Shown: positions 43,292 to 52,750, counted from the first letter of the stretch. The stretch is DNA of 64,000 nucleotides from an uncultured Thermoleophilia bacterium (GCA_963702475.1 CAVPCT010000004.1:224001-288000); one strand, 5' to 3'. Notes: a model not told the origin generated them from the letters alone. Made by a program: numbers and translations.

Positions 43292-45892
43292 TCATGCGGT
43301 CTCGTAAGTACCGCCGTCCCACTTCTCGACCTCGATCTGAGCCGTGTTGGGAGCCATAGCGCAGGCATACTTGGACATGTAGCGGTCGGGCGTCAGGATG
43401 TTCATGCAGCCGCCGCGGTCGGCCGACTGGCCGGGCGTGCCCAGCGGGTCGTAGACGGCACAGGACTCGTAGGTGTGCACGGTCCCGGGCTGGACGCGCT
43501 CGCCGACCTGGGCGCAGACGATCACGGAGCCGCGGTCGTTGTAGGCCCGCACGAGGTCACCGGCCTTGATGCCGCGGGCCTCCGCGTCGACCTTGTTCAG
43601 GCGGATGATCCAGTAGTACCAGCCGTCCACCAGCACGCGGTGGTCCTTGATGTCGTTCATGAAGCTGTCCTTGCCGTCACCCATGGTGTGGAACGAGAAG
43701 CGCGGGTGCGGCGAGAGCATGCCGAGCGGGTACTTCTTGGCGAGCTCGCAACTCGGGCCTTCCCAGGCCGGCACGTAGGTGTGCATGGCCGGGCGGTACT
43801 CGTCCACGTAGCCCTGGTCCTCGAAGTTCTTGATACTCGAGGCGATGAACTCCACCTTGCCGGTGCGAGTCTGCAGGCCCTTGCGACCGACCTGGTTGTT
43901 GAGGCGCGGACCCCAGTCGGGGGTGTCCCTCTCGCGGTCCTCGGCGAACCACCGCAGGGCGGGCGTCTTCTTGCGGTCCGGGTTGTCCGGGACGACGAAG
44001 TACCCCTTCTCCTTGAACTCGGCGAAGGTCATGTGCTTGGGCATGTCGGTGGCGTTGTAGTACTGCTCCACCCAGGCCAGCTCATCCTTGCCCTCGGTGA
44101 ACATCGGTCCGATGCCGAGCTTCTCGGCGAGCATCGAGTAGATCTGGTAGTCCGACCTGGACTCGCCGACGGGTTCGATGCACTTGGCCTGCAGGGAGAT
44201 CACGCGGTGGTTGCACTGGCCGTACGTGTCCGGGATGTAGCCGGAGCAGTTGGCGAACTCGCTGATGTCCCAGCGCTCGAAGTTGGTGCAGGCCGGCAGG
44301 ATGATGTCGGCGAACGGCACCTCGCCCTCGAACCAGATGGACTGGCTCACGACGAACTCGAGGCTCTCGTGCGTGTACATCTGGGCGTAGCGGTTGGTGG
44401 CCGTCATGGTGCCGATCCACGGGCCGCCGTACTTCCAGAGCATCTTGATCTTCGGGTAGCCGGGCGCCGGGTACTCGTACTGGTGCATCTGGTGCTGGAT
44501 GTCGCCGCCGGCGAACCCCTTGCCCGACCACTTGAACTCGCCGTCCATGATGCACTCCGGCACCTTGAGGCGCGGGATGTGCTGGCCGGCGGCCGTGTTG
44601 ATGTTCGACGGGCTCGGGAACGTCGTCTTGCCGTCGAACATGCGCCAGGCGAACTTGAAGCCGGCGGCCGAGTTCTCTGCGTCGCCGGAGATGCCGCCCT
44701 CGGCGTAGCCCGGGAAGTAGAAGTCGTAGTCGACCGGGGTGCCCTGCGTGGTCGAGTAGATGTTGGAGCCCGGCTTGCCCATGCCCTGCATGGTGGCGAG
44801 GGCGATCATGCCGCGGCTCCACTCGATGCCATGCGAGGCGCGGCAGGCGCCGCCCCAGCCTCCCAGGCCGCCGGCGGCGAGCATGGTCTTGCGCTTGGCC
44901 CACTCACGGGCGAGCGCGCGGATCTCGCAGGCGGGCACGCCGGACTCGGCCTCGGCCCACTCGCAGGTCTTGGGCACGCCGTCGGTCTTGCCGAGCACGT
45001 ACTCCGCCCACTCGTTGAAGCCGTGGGCGCGTGTGTCCACGTACCCCTTGTCGTAGGTGTCCTCGGTGAGCCACGTGTAGGCGATGGCGAAGGACAGCGC
45101 GTGGTCGGTGCCGATCTTGGGCGAGAACCACTTGTCGCCGATCAAGCCGGCGGTGTGGTTGTAGAACGGGTCGATGAAGACCATCTTGATGCCGAGGTCC
45201 TTCATCCACTGACGGCGCACGGTGGACTCGTGGGCCGCGTAGATGCCGGTGTTGGTCTCCGGGTCGGAGGACCAGAAGACGATCATCTCGGTGTTCTCGA
45301 GGCAGTCCTCGAGCAGGTCGTACTGCTCGGGGTTGCCGAGGCGCCAGCTGAAGCCCCACATGTGCATGCCGCCCCAGTGCCAGCCTTCCCAGCTGTCCGG
45401 GTTATGGTCGGCGTAGGTGAAGCCCATCATGTTCATGAAGCGGAAGTACGTGCTGTGGCGGTAGCCCACGTTGCCCCACATGTGGTGGGAGCTCGGGCTG
45501 GAGAGGATCGCCGCCGGGCCTGCCTCGCGCTTCACGCGGTTGATCTCGCCGACCACGATGTCGGTGGCCTCGTCCCAGGAGATCGGCTCATAGCCGGAGA
45601 TGCCGCGATTCTGGATGTTGCGCTCGCCGTCGGTGTCGAAGTCCACGCGCTTGAGCGGCGTCATGATGCGCTTGTCCGAGTAGATCATGGACTTGAAGCC
45701 GGCAGTGTAGACCGAGTACGTGGTCTTGCGCGGCGGCTCGAAGGTCTGGCCGCGAGCCTCGATCCTCCAGGACGACGCATCGACGGCGTCGTCGAAGTCC
45801 ATCGGGGTGATACGGACGATCTTGCCGTCCTGAACGTAGACGAAGACCGGGCCCCCGGTCGACGAGTTGGTCAGTCGCACTACCTCTCCCAT
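43292..45892 (-). CDS. athL: Pyrogallol hydroxytransferase (transhydroxylase) large Mo-bisPGD subunit-like
   Basis: Starts MGEVVRLTNSSTGGPVFVYV; 'SSHHMWGNVGYRHSTYFRF', 'NPDSWEGWHWGG' (Mo-ligand Ser), 'FANCSGY', 'HPRFSFH'; closely matches my recollection of Pelobacter acidigallici AthL; no Tat signal. Confidence 0.88.
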   Translation of the reverse strand: MGEVVRLTNSSTGGPVFVYVQDGKIVRITPMDFDDAVDASSWRIEARGQTFEPPRKTTYSVYTAGFKSMIYSDKRIMTPLKRVDFDTDGERNIQNRGISGYEPISWDEATDIVVGEINRVKREAGPAAILSSPSSHHMWGNVGYRHSTYFRFMNMMGFTYADHNPDSWEGWHWGGMHMWGFSWRLGNPEQYDLLEDCLENTEMIVFWSSDPETNTGIYAAHESTVRRQWMKDLGIKMVFIDPFYNHTAGLIGDKWFSPKIGTDHALSFAIAYTWLTEDTYDKGYVDTRAHGFNEWAEYVLGKTDGVPKTCEWAEAESGVPACEIRALAREWAKRKTMLAAGGLGGWGGACRASHGIEWSRGMIALATMQGMGKPGSNIYSTTQGTPVDYDFYFPGYAEGGISGDAENSAAGFKFAWRMFDGKTTFPSPSNINTAAGQHIPRLKVPECIMDGEFKWSGKGFAGGDIQHQMHQYEYPAPGYPKIKMLWKYGGPWIGTMTATNRYAQMYTHESLEFVVSQSIWFEGEVPFADIILPACTNFERWDISEFANCSGYIPDTYGQCNHRVISLQAKCIEPVGESRSDYQIYSMLAEKLGIGPMFTEGKDELAWVEQYYNATDMPKHMTFAEFKEKGYFVVPDNPDRKKTPALRWFAEDRERDTPDWGPRLNNQVGRKGLQTRTGKVEFIASSIKNFEDQGYVDEYRPAMHTYVPAWEGPSCELAKKYPLGMLSPHPRFSFHTMGDGKDSFMNDIKDHRVLVDGWYYWIIRLNKVDAEARGIKAGDLVRAYNDRGSVIVCAQVGERVQPGTVHTYESCAVYDPLGTPGQSADRGGCMNILTPDRYMSKYACAMAPNTAQIEVEKWDGGTYETA

Positions 45893-46009
45893 CGGGCATC
45901 TCCTTCGTTTCGTACGCGCTGGTTCACCGGCTGCAGGGCGGGCAGGGTCGCCCCGTGCGGCGGCCCGGGGTCGTCGCCGAGGCTGAGATGGGTCCAAGTC
46001 GTCATGTTT

Positions 46010-46075
46010 GCTCACAATGTGGACACCTAGCTCACAATGTGGACGCATCGTATGACGAGCGTGGGGACCGGTCAA
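46010..46075 (-). promoter_or_regulatory. Sigma-70-type promoter of athL with two tandem 15-bp operator repeats
   Basis: TTGACC-N17-TACGAT on the minus strand (46075-46047); GCTCACAATGTGGAC repeated at 46010-46024 and 46030-46044. Confidence 0.7.
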
Positions 46076-46121
46076 GCAACCGCCTGATTCGGGGGGCAGG
46101 AGACAAGGGAGATCGAGGAAG

Positions 46122-46197
46122 TGGTGGAGCATAGCGGAATCGAACCGCTGACCTCCTGGGTGCGATCCAGGCGCTCTCCCAGCTGAGCTAATGCCCC
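46122..46197 (-). tRNA. tRNA-Ala(CGC)
   Basis: GGGGCATTAGCTCAGCTGGGAGAGCGCCTGGATCGCACCCAGGAGGTCAGCGGTTCGATTCCGCTATGCTCCACCA; G3:U70 pair, anticodon CGC, encoded CCA. Confidence 0.97.
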
Positions 46198-46363
46198 ACG
46201 CGGGTCCCCGACGTGTCGGGGCTTCGAAGTATGCGGCATTCCCCGGTGGGCGGCAAGCCGCGCGGCTGGACCACAGCTTGGCTGAGGGTTGATAGCGAGG
46301 TCGTACTGGAGTCCCGTTGGGTGCTGTAGACTGATCGGGCAACGCTGTCGATCGGGGCCTCTT

Positions 46364-47497
46364 GTGAAGATCACCGCCGTGCACGTCGAGACGCTTCAGC
46401 TCGACTACGGGGAGCCGTTCGTCATCGCCTCGTCGGCGCTGGCAGCAGGTCCCTGCGACCTGGTGAGCGTGGAGACCGATGCGGGCCTGATCGGCTACGG
46501 CGAGGCGTGCCCGGCCTACGAGTTCACCGGCGATACCTTGTGGACGGTGCAGGACGTCATCGGCGAGTACCTCGGACCGTCGGTGATCGGCAAGGACCCG
46601 TTCGACATCGAGGCCATCGTCCGCTGCTGGGAGCGCGAGCTGTTCACCGTGGGCAACGAAGCGGCGCGAGCGGGCCTGGAGATGGCCCTTTGGGACCTGC
46701 AGGGCAAGGCAGTCGGACGGCCGCTCCGCGACCTGCTGGGCGGCCGCTCCAGGAACGGGCTCACCGAGGTGATCGCCTGGGGTTGGGGCCTCCCGGACGA
46801 GCTCGCCGCCAAGACCCGCGAGGCGCGCACACTCGGCATCACCGTGTTCAAGGTCAAGGCGGGCGACACGCCGGAGAGCGATGAGCAGCGCGTCGCCGCC
46901 GTCCGCGAGGCGGCCGGCCCGGACGCGCGCATCACCGTGGACGCCAATCAGGGTTGGCGGGACGCGAAGACCGCCGTGGCCGCGATCAGACGACTGGAGC
47001 CCTACCGCATCGAGTTCGCCGAGCAGCCGGTCCGCATGGGCGACCTCGAGGCGTCCCGCTTCGTGCGCGCACGCGTGGACGTCCCCATCGCGCTCGACGA
47101 GAGCGTGCGCGGGCCGAGTGAGGCTCTGGCTGCAGTGAAGGCGGGCGCCTGCGACATCATCGTCGTCAAGCTCATGAAGACGGGCGGCATCCTGAACGCC
47201 CTTAAGGTGAACGCCATCGCCGAAGCGGCGGGGGTCGCGGTCATGGTCGGCAACATGGGCGAGAGCAGCGTGGGCCTGGCGGCTCACCTCCACCTGTACG
47301 AGGCGCTGGCCAACGCGACGCACGGGGATGCCGACCCGCCCTGGCGGTTCGAAGGACTCAGGCGCGACATCGCTCATGGCTTGCGCGCCGAACTGCGGGC
47401 AGGTGTCTCGACCGTGGTGCTGCCGGACGCGCCCGGCTTGGGCGTCAGCCTCGACGTGGAGGCTGTGGCCGCTCAGCGCGTCGAGCGTCCGTGGTGA
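46364..47497 (+). CDS. Enolase superfamily, dipeptide epimerase / muconate-lactonizing subgroup
   Basis: 'EMALWDLQGK', KxK 'FKVKAG', 'DANQG', 'EQP', 'DES', 'VKLMK', DxD 'DAD'. Confidence 0.88.
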   Translation: MKITAVHVETLQLDYGEPFVIASSALAAGPCDLVSVETDAGLIGYGEACPAYEFTGDTLWTVQDVIGEYLGPSVIGKDPFDIEAIVRCWERELFTVGNEAARAGLEMALWDLQGKAVGRPLRDLLGGRSRNGLTEVIAWGWGLPDELAAKTREARTLGITVFKVKAGDTPESDEQRVAAVREAAGPDARITVDANQGWRDAKTAVAAIRRLEPYRIEFAEQPVRMGDLEASRFVRARVDVPIALDESVRGPSEALAAVKAGACDIIVVKLMKTGGILNALKVNAIAEAAGVAVMVGNMGESSVGLAAHLHLYEALANATHGDADPPWRFEGLRRDIAHGLRAELRAGVSTVVLPDAPGLGVSLDVEAVAAQRVERPW

Positions 47498-47643
47498 GCT
47501 GCGATGGCGGATCGGCCGTTCCCGCAAGCACACGGCCCCGCATCTCGGGGCGTCTGGGTACACGACCCTAAACACGCGTTCCATCGAGGCCCCCCGCCTG
47601 GCGGACGACACTGTGCGTAGCCCAACGATCCGGGAGGGGTGTC

Positions 47644-47817
47644 GTGACACGGGAAGAGAAGGAGCAGGCGGTGGACGCCGTGCTCGCGCGGTACGAGCAT
47701 CTCGGGGCGACCATCGCCGCCGACGACCGGGCGTTGGTCCGGCTGCTGCAGACCTTCGAGCTTTCGAGTACCGACCGGGAGGTCGGCGAGTACCTCTGCT
47801 CCTTCCTCGTAGCCTGA
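47644..47817 (+). CDS. Small hypothetical protein (57 aa; absent from ORF track)
   Basis: GGAGGGG SD, then GTG; MTREEKEQAVDAVLARYEHLGATIAADDRALVRLLQTFELSSTDREVGEYLCSFLVA*. Confidence 0.55.
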   Translation: MTREEKEQAVDAVLARYEHLGATIAADDRALVRLLQTFELSSTDREVGEYLCSFLVA

Positions 47818-47885
47818 TGAGGCAGACTGCAGGGCGTTTGTCCGCTCACGACCAGCTCTGCCAACGGCGCGCCTTGTCGCGTCTC

Positions 47886-50690
47886 TCAGCCCTGCGACCC
47901 TCCTGCGACGCCGCCCATGCTCTCGGCCTCGGTCGGTGAGTCCGTTGCCTCCGCAGTCGCCGCGCCCGCCAGTGCCAGCTTGCGTGCCTTGAGCGCGGCC
48001 AGGACCACCCGGGTCGCCACATGTCCGACCGCCGCGAGGTACTCGTGGTGCTCGGCGAAGTCGCGCGGCCGGCCGTCGAACACGTCGATGAGGCCGCATA
48101 CGCGCCCCTCATCGACGAGAGGGACACACACCTCGCTCCTGAAGCCCCACGTGGTCATGTCGGCGCGCTCCTGATTCGAGAGACGAGGGTCGTCGAGGTC
48201 GGGCACCACGACGAATTCTGCGCTGCGCACCGCTTGCGCCGTGGCCGGAAAACGGTCGACGTCCAGCGGTGCCGTGGAGACCGAGTCGTCGCGGCCGCCC
48301 TCGTCCACGCTCATCAGGCAGCGCAGCCCCTCGCCTTCGAGAGCGAAGACGTCGCAGTCGGCGGCGTCGAGATGGAGACGGATCTCCGCGGCGAGGAGCT
48401 CGAGCGCTTCGGCCCCCAGATCCGTCCGAACATCCAGCCCGCCCAGCGACGCCAGGCTCGCGAGGTCGCCCCTCCGGTGGGCGAGCTCGTCCTGGAGCCG
48501 CGCCGTCTCGAGGGCGACGCTCACCATCCCGGCCACGCTGCGCATGAAGTCCGCGTACTCGGCGAAGCCGCGTGCCCGGGAGTCGAGGACGTCGATGAGC
48601 CCGGACAACCGGTCCCCAAGGACGAGGGGTACGCAGATCTCGCTCGCCCACCCGCTGGCCCGATAGGCGGCCTTCTCGGCGGGGGTCAGGCGCTCGTCCT
48701 CGAGAGTCGAGATCACGAGCACGTCCTTCGCGTTCATCGTGCTCACGGCCGTCGGGTACTCGCTGAGGTCGGTGATGAGGCCCACGGCGGCGTCGTCACG
48801 GCCGCTGCGATCGTGGCTGGCGATGCAGAGCACGCCCCGGGGCGTCAGACGGAAGACCTGGCAGCTCGCCGCGTCCAGTGCAGCCTGCAGCCGCTCGGCC
48901 ACGGCTGCCACCAGCTTGCCGGGATCGGTAGCCTCGGCGCAGAGACTCGCGAGCGCCTGCAGCTCCGAGACCATGCGGCTGCGTCGCCGTACCTGCTCGG
49001 AGAGGCGTTCGCTGCTCAGCGTCGCGGTGGCGATACGCGCCAGCCCGCGGGCGAGCTGGACGTCTGGTGAGAAGTCGTGCGGCACATAGTCGTACACATC
49101 CATGAGACCCAGTGTGCGTCCTCCTGTCACGAGCGGCACGGAGAGGTGAGACTGGTATCCCCAGCGCTCCAGGGAGAAGCGGCCCTCCTGGTCGAGCGCG
49201 TCGTCGTTGAGGCCGTTGATAGACACTACCTCGCCGGTCTCGACGGCTCGCAGGCTCGTGGGGTACCTGTCCAGGCGCAAGACCACGTCCTCCCAGGCCG
49301 TGTCCCACCGCCCTCCGTCGTAGCTCACGAGGGCCCTCGCGGTGTCGCCCTCAACCGTGTAGATCTCCACGATCGGGGCCCGCGTCGCGGCGGCCAGGCG
49401 CTCGACGAGGCCGCGAAGCACTGCTTCTGCGCTCAGTCGGGACGTGTCCTGGAGCCAGGCGTCCTCAAGGACTGCCAGGTCTCTTTCGCAGGAACTCAGG
49501 CCGGCGCGCTCCTCTCCCGCCCGGAGCGTCGCGGAGACCAGGGCCGCGACGTCCCTGATAGCCGGCGCCAGTCTCGAGAGCGCCCCCGGATCGACCCCTC
49601 CGGTCTCGATGATGCCCAAGGTGCGGGCCTGATCGCGGATGGGTGCGAGCACCACGCCGGTGATGTCCCGCGCGTCGAAGAACCGCGCCCGGGCGGCCGC
49701 GGCCAGCCGTGTGTCGTCGCGGCGCACGAGCTCCAGGTCGCCGCCGCCTGCGATGGCGGCAGCTGGTGGCAGGTCGTCCAGCTCCCAGGCCTCGACGAAA
49801 GGACCGACCGATGAGGCGAGCGCCCGGGCGCGTCCGTGGTCCAGGACATAGACGGTGCAGCAGTGCACCGCCGCATCCCTCGCGAGCACGGCGGCCGCCG
49901 CTCGGGCCACCTGCTCCAGGCCGTCACCGGCAGGGAGCGGCTGCCTCTCGACCTCCGCGAGTGGCGGTCCGTGGGTTTCGGCTTCGCGTGTCGCGCCGTC
50001 ATCGGTGGACGCAGGCCCCGGCCGTCTCGAAAGGAGGACGCCAGCGTGATGGGCCAAGGACTCGGCGAAGCTCATGGCGTCGAGGTCGAACGCATGAGGT
50101 CCGCGCGAGTCACCGAGGCGCAGCACCCCCATGCGTCCGTCGCGGAGCTCCATGGGCAGGACGAGGAGGCCCTGGAGCCCCTTGCGGCAGTACTCGTCGG
50201 CGACCGCGCGAGCAAGGAGGCGCGTGCGTGCGACGTCGGGGATGTGGAGGCGTCGCCGGCCGTGTACCACCTCGGCCTCGACCGGCAGGGACGAGATCGG
50301 GAGCCGCTCCCCGATGGGCGGCGCCTCGCCGTCGCCGTGGACGGCGGCGATCCGGAGGACGTCGTCGCCCTCCTGCACGGCGATGCAGCAGGACGTCGCG
50401 GCGGTCCCGCGGGCCGCCGCTGCGACGAGCGCGCTCAGGGCCGCCTCCACCGAGGTGTCCCCGGCCTTGACGTCGGCCGCCCGCTCGCTCAGCCTGTGCG
50501 GGGAGGCGGGAGCGCCCAGGAACGCGTCCAGGTCGCTCCGCCTGTAGCGCCGATGGCCTCCAGGACTGCGGTAGCAGCGCACGTGGCCCGCATCGCTCCA
50601 CTGACGGAGAGTGTTGAGGCTGACGCCTAGGACGCTCGCCGCCTCGCCGAGGCGGAGCCAGTCCTGTCCGTTTGCCTTTCCGATCCTCAT
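47886..50690 (-). CDS. MerR/excisionase-type HTH fused to about five GAF domains
   Basis: 'LRLGEAASVLGVSLNTLRQWSD.G....YRSPGGHRRY' then repeated GAF motifs ('S.LSVPLVTGGRTLGLMDVYD', 'SEICVPLVLGDRLSGLIDVLD', 'SEVCVPLVDEGRVCGLIDVFD'). Confidence 0.85.
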   Translation of the reverse strand: MRIGKANGQDWLRLGEAASVLGVSLNTLRQWSDAGHVRCYRSPGGHRRYRRSDLDAFLGAPASPHRLSERAADVKAGDTSVEAALSALVAAAARGTAATSCCIAVQEGDDVLRIAAVHGDGEAPPIGERLPISSLPVEAEVVHGRRRLHIPDVARTRLLARAVADEYCRKGLQGLLVLPMELRDGRMGVLRLGDSRGPHAFDLDAMSFAESLAHHAGVLLSRRPGPASTDDGATREAETHGPPLAEVERQPLPAGDGLEQVARAAAAVLARDAAVHCCTVYVLDHGRARALASSVGPFVEAWELDDLPPAAAIAGGGDLELVRRDDTRLAAAARARFFDARDITGVVLAPIRDQARTLGIIETGGVDPGALSRLAPAIRDVAALVSATLRAGEERAGLSSCERDLAVLEDAWLQDTSRLSAEAVLRGLVERLAAATRAPIVEIYTVEGDTARALVSYDGGRWDTAWEDVVLRLDRYPTSLRAVETGEVVSINGLNDDALDQEGRFSLERWGYQSHLSVPLVTGGRTLGLMDVYDYVPHDFSPDVQLARGLARIATATLSSERLSEQVRRRSRMVSELQALASLCAEATDPGKLVAAVAERLQAALDAASCQVFRLTPRGVLCIASHDRSGRDDAAVGLITDLSEYPTAVSTMNAKDVLVISTLEDERLTPAEKAAYRASGWASEICVPLVLGDRLSGLIDVLDSRARGFAEYADFMRSVAGMVSVALETARLQDELAHRRGDLASLASLGGLDVRTDLGAEALELLAAEIRLHLDAADCDVFALEGEGLRCLMSVDEGGRDDSVSTAPLDVDRFPATAQAVRSAEFVVVPDLDDPRLSNQERADMTTWGFRSEVCVPLVDEGRVCGLIDVFDGRPRDFAEHHEYLAAVGHVATRVVLAALKARKLALAGAATAEATDSPTEAESMGGVAGGSQG

Positions 50691-50830
50691 CGATCCGCGG
50701 AGTCTCCGTGCAACGAATCTACCAGAATCTTCACGCGGAGCGAACGACCTCGTTGCGACTCGCGGCCGCGACGCGGGTGAACGATCTGCGCCGCGGCCGC
50801 GACAGCTCTCAGGAGGCGCCGAGGGCTGCT

Positions 50831-51919
50831 TCAGCACGTATCGCCGGTGCTCCCGCCGCCCTGCCCGCCGTCCGCGATGGCGCGGGCGATATCGGCGAAG
50901 GCGGCGCCGACCGGGGTGGTCGGGTCGAGGGCGGCCGGCGCTCCCGTGTCGCCGCCCTCCCGCGTGGCCTCGTCCAGGGGAATGCGACCGAGCAGTCTGG
51001 TGTCCATGAGCCTCGCAATCTCGTAGGCCCCGCCGCGCCCGAAGATGTAGTGGCGGCTGCCGCAGTCCGGGCAGATGTAGTACGACATGTTCTCCACCAC
51101 GCCCAGCACGTGCTGCTTGGTCATGCGAGCCATCTTGGCCGCCTTGACCGCGGTGCGCGAGGCGGCCTCCTGCGGCGTGGTGACGATGACCAGTTCGGCT
51201 CCGGGGATCAGCTGCGCGACGGTGAGGGCGATGTCGCCGGTCCCCGGCGGGAGGTCGATGAGGAGGAAGTCGGGGCTGCCCCACAGGACGTCGCCGAGGA
51301 ACTGCTCGATTGCCTTGCCGAGCATGGGTCCGCGCCAGATCACCGGCTCGTTGTCGGGCAAGAAGAAGCCCATGGAGACCACCTTCACGCCGTGGGCCTC
51401 CGGGGGAAGCATCTTGCCCTCGTGAGCGGTGGGAGGGACGGAGGCCAGGCCCATCATGAGGGGCATCGTCGGCCCGTAGACATCGGCGTCGATGAGCGCA
51501 ACGGCGTGTCCCTGTTGTGCGAGGGCGACGGCGAGGTTGGCGGTGACTGTGGACTTGCCTACGCCGCCTTTGCCGCTGGCGACGGCGACAGTACGCGTCT
51601 TCGAGCCCGGGCCGAAGAGGCTCTGGACCATCTGGTTGCGGCCTTTCAGCCTGTCGGCGAGCGCGTCGCGCTCTTCGCACGACATGGCGTCGAGCTTGAC
51701 CTCGACGGTGCGGCCGCCGGCGATCTCGGTGAGCGCCCGCTCGGCCTCCGCGCGGATCTGGTTGCGCAGAGGGCAGCCGGCGGTGGTGAGCACGATGGTC
51801 GCACCGATGCGATGGTCGTCCACGACGATGTCGCGCACCATGCCGAGCTCGACCACGCTACGCTGCAGTTCCGGGTCCTGGACGGCAGACAGCGCGCGCC
51901 GGACGTCTTCGTGGGTCAC
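50831..51919 (-). CDS. mrp: Mrp/ApbC Fe-S cluster carrier ATPase
   Basis: 'DPEL..SVVELGMV', 'GCP', 'SGKGGVGKST', 'DLPPGTGD', 'ENMSYYICPDC'. Confidence 0.95.
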   Translation of the reverse strand: MTHEDVRRALSAVQDPELQRSVVELGMVRDIVVDDHRIGATIVLTTAGCPLRNQIRAEAERALTEIAGGRTVEVKLDAMSCEERDALADRLKGRNQMVQSLFGPGSKTRTVAVASGKGGVGKSTVTANLAVALAQQGHAVALIDADVYGPTMPLMMGLASVPPTAHEGKMLPPEAHGVKVVSMGFFLPDNEPVIWRGPMLGKAIEQFLGDVLWGSPDFLLIDLPPGTGDIALTVAQLIPGAELVIVTTPQEAASRTAVKAAKMARMTKQHVLGVVENMSYYICPDCGSRHYIFGRGGAYEIARLMDTRLLGRIPLDEATREGGDTGAPAALDPTTPVGAAFADIARAIADGGQGGGSTGDTC

Positions 51920-52166
51920 GGGATCCTCCGCTCCTCGCTTGCGATGCGTTCCGTTCTGTACCCGTGGGGTGGCCGGCGCAGTCCGGGGGGCGGCAGGGCG
52001 GACTCACTGGTGGACGCTTCGCCGGTGGCGGACGCGCAGTCTTCAACGGTTCTTCACAAGTAGTGTGTACCATGGCACACACAAGGGCGGCTCGGTGTCC
52101 CGGTGGATGGGCGCCTTGCGCCGAAGGGGTGCGACAGGGTCGCGCCTGGATGAAAGGGTGTCCCGC

Positions 52167-52661
52167 GTGAGGAAACACTGGAAGACCATGGTCGTGGCCG
52201 TGGTGGTCGCCGTGCTCGGGTTGTCCGTCGTCGCCGTGGCCTACGGCGCCACGAAATCCGGGTCGGGCAAGAGGCCCAGGAGCTTCGCAGCCGCATGCGC
52301 GCAGCTCTTCAAGGATCCGCAGGCTGTGAAGGACATGCAGGCGCTGCGTGGCGAGCACCAGAAGGAGATGCAGGACTGGTGGGCCAGGTACGGCAGCGAT
52401 CCCAGGAGCGCAGAAGCCCGGGCTGCGCTCAAGGCCCTTCGCACCGAGCACTGGAACGACATGAAAGCGCTCTTCGAGAAGTACGGCGTCAAGCTCCCGG
52501 CGAACGCGGGGCCGAACAGCCTCGGCGGGTTCGGGATGATGAGGGGCGGCGGCTGTGGCGGGGCCGGCTGCAGTGCCGCCGGCGCGGGGTGCGGCGGCTC
52601 CGGCCAAGGCTCCGGCACCGGGGCCGGGTACGGCGGCATGATGGGCGGCGGGACCTACTGA
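52167..52661 (+). CDS. Secreted helical protein with Gly/Cys/Met-rich tail (Spy/CpxP/ZraP-like)
   Basis: Signal peptide; two repeats 'MQALRGEHQKEMQ' and 'LKALRTEHWNDMK'; tail 'GMMRGGGCGGAGC...GGMMGG'. Confidence 0.6.
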   Translation: MRKHWKTMVVAVVVAVLGLSVVAVAYGATKSGSGKRPRSFAAACAQLFKDPQAVKDMQALRGEHQKEMQDWWARYGSDPRSAEARAALKALRTEHWNDMKALFEKYGVKLPANAGPNSLGGFGMMRGGGCGGAGCSAAGAGCGGSGQGSGTGAGYGGMMGGGTY

Positions 52662-52672
52662 GCGCCCGCCGA

Positions 52673-52688
52673 CGTTTCACGTGAAACA
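52673..52688. other. parS centromere-like site
   Basis: CGTTTCACGTGAAACA, a 15/16 match to TGTTTCACGTGAAACA; intergenic, ~37 kb from dnaA. Confidence 0.9.
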
Positions 52689-52714
52689 CCGCGGCTCCAA
52701 GGGTCGCGACACTC

Positions 52715-52750
52715 GACGAGAAGGGGCCCCGGCAGGGGCCCCTTCTCGTC
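52715..52750. terminator. Bidirectional terminator hairpin
   Basis: gacgagaaggggcccc-ggca-ggggccccttctcgtc between convergent genes. Confidence 0.75.

Noticed and set aside
46010-46044. Direct repeat as a mini-CRISPR
   Set aside because: Only two 15-bp copies with a 5-bp gap and no cas genes; better explained as an operator.
42409-46197. Genomic island integrated at tRNA-Ala
   Set aside because: No integrase, no duplicated tRNA 3' end noticed, and athL/bthL codon usage matches the host.
45893-47650. 1452-aa version of the Mo-enzyme ORF
   Set aside because: The extension runs through the promoter, the tRNA and the antisense strand of the epimerase. The true start is ATG 45892 (SD AAGGAG).
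50691-51680. 1264-aa version of the GAF protein
   Set aside because: The N-terminal extension overlaps mrp out of frame and is Arg/Pro-rich with no motifs. The HTH begins at ATG 50690.
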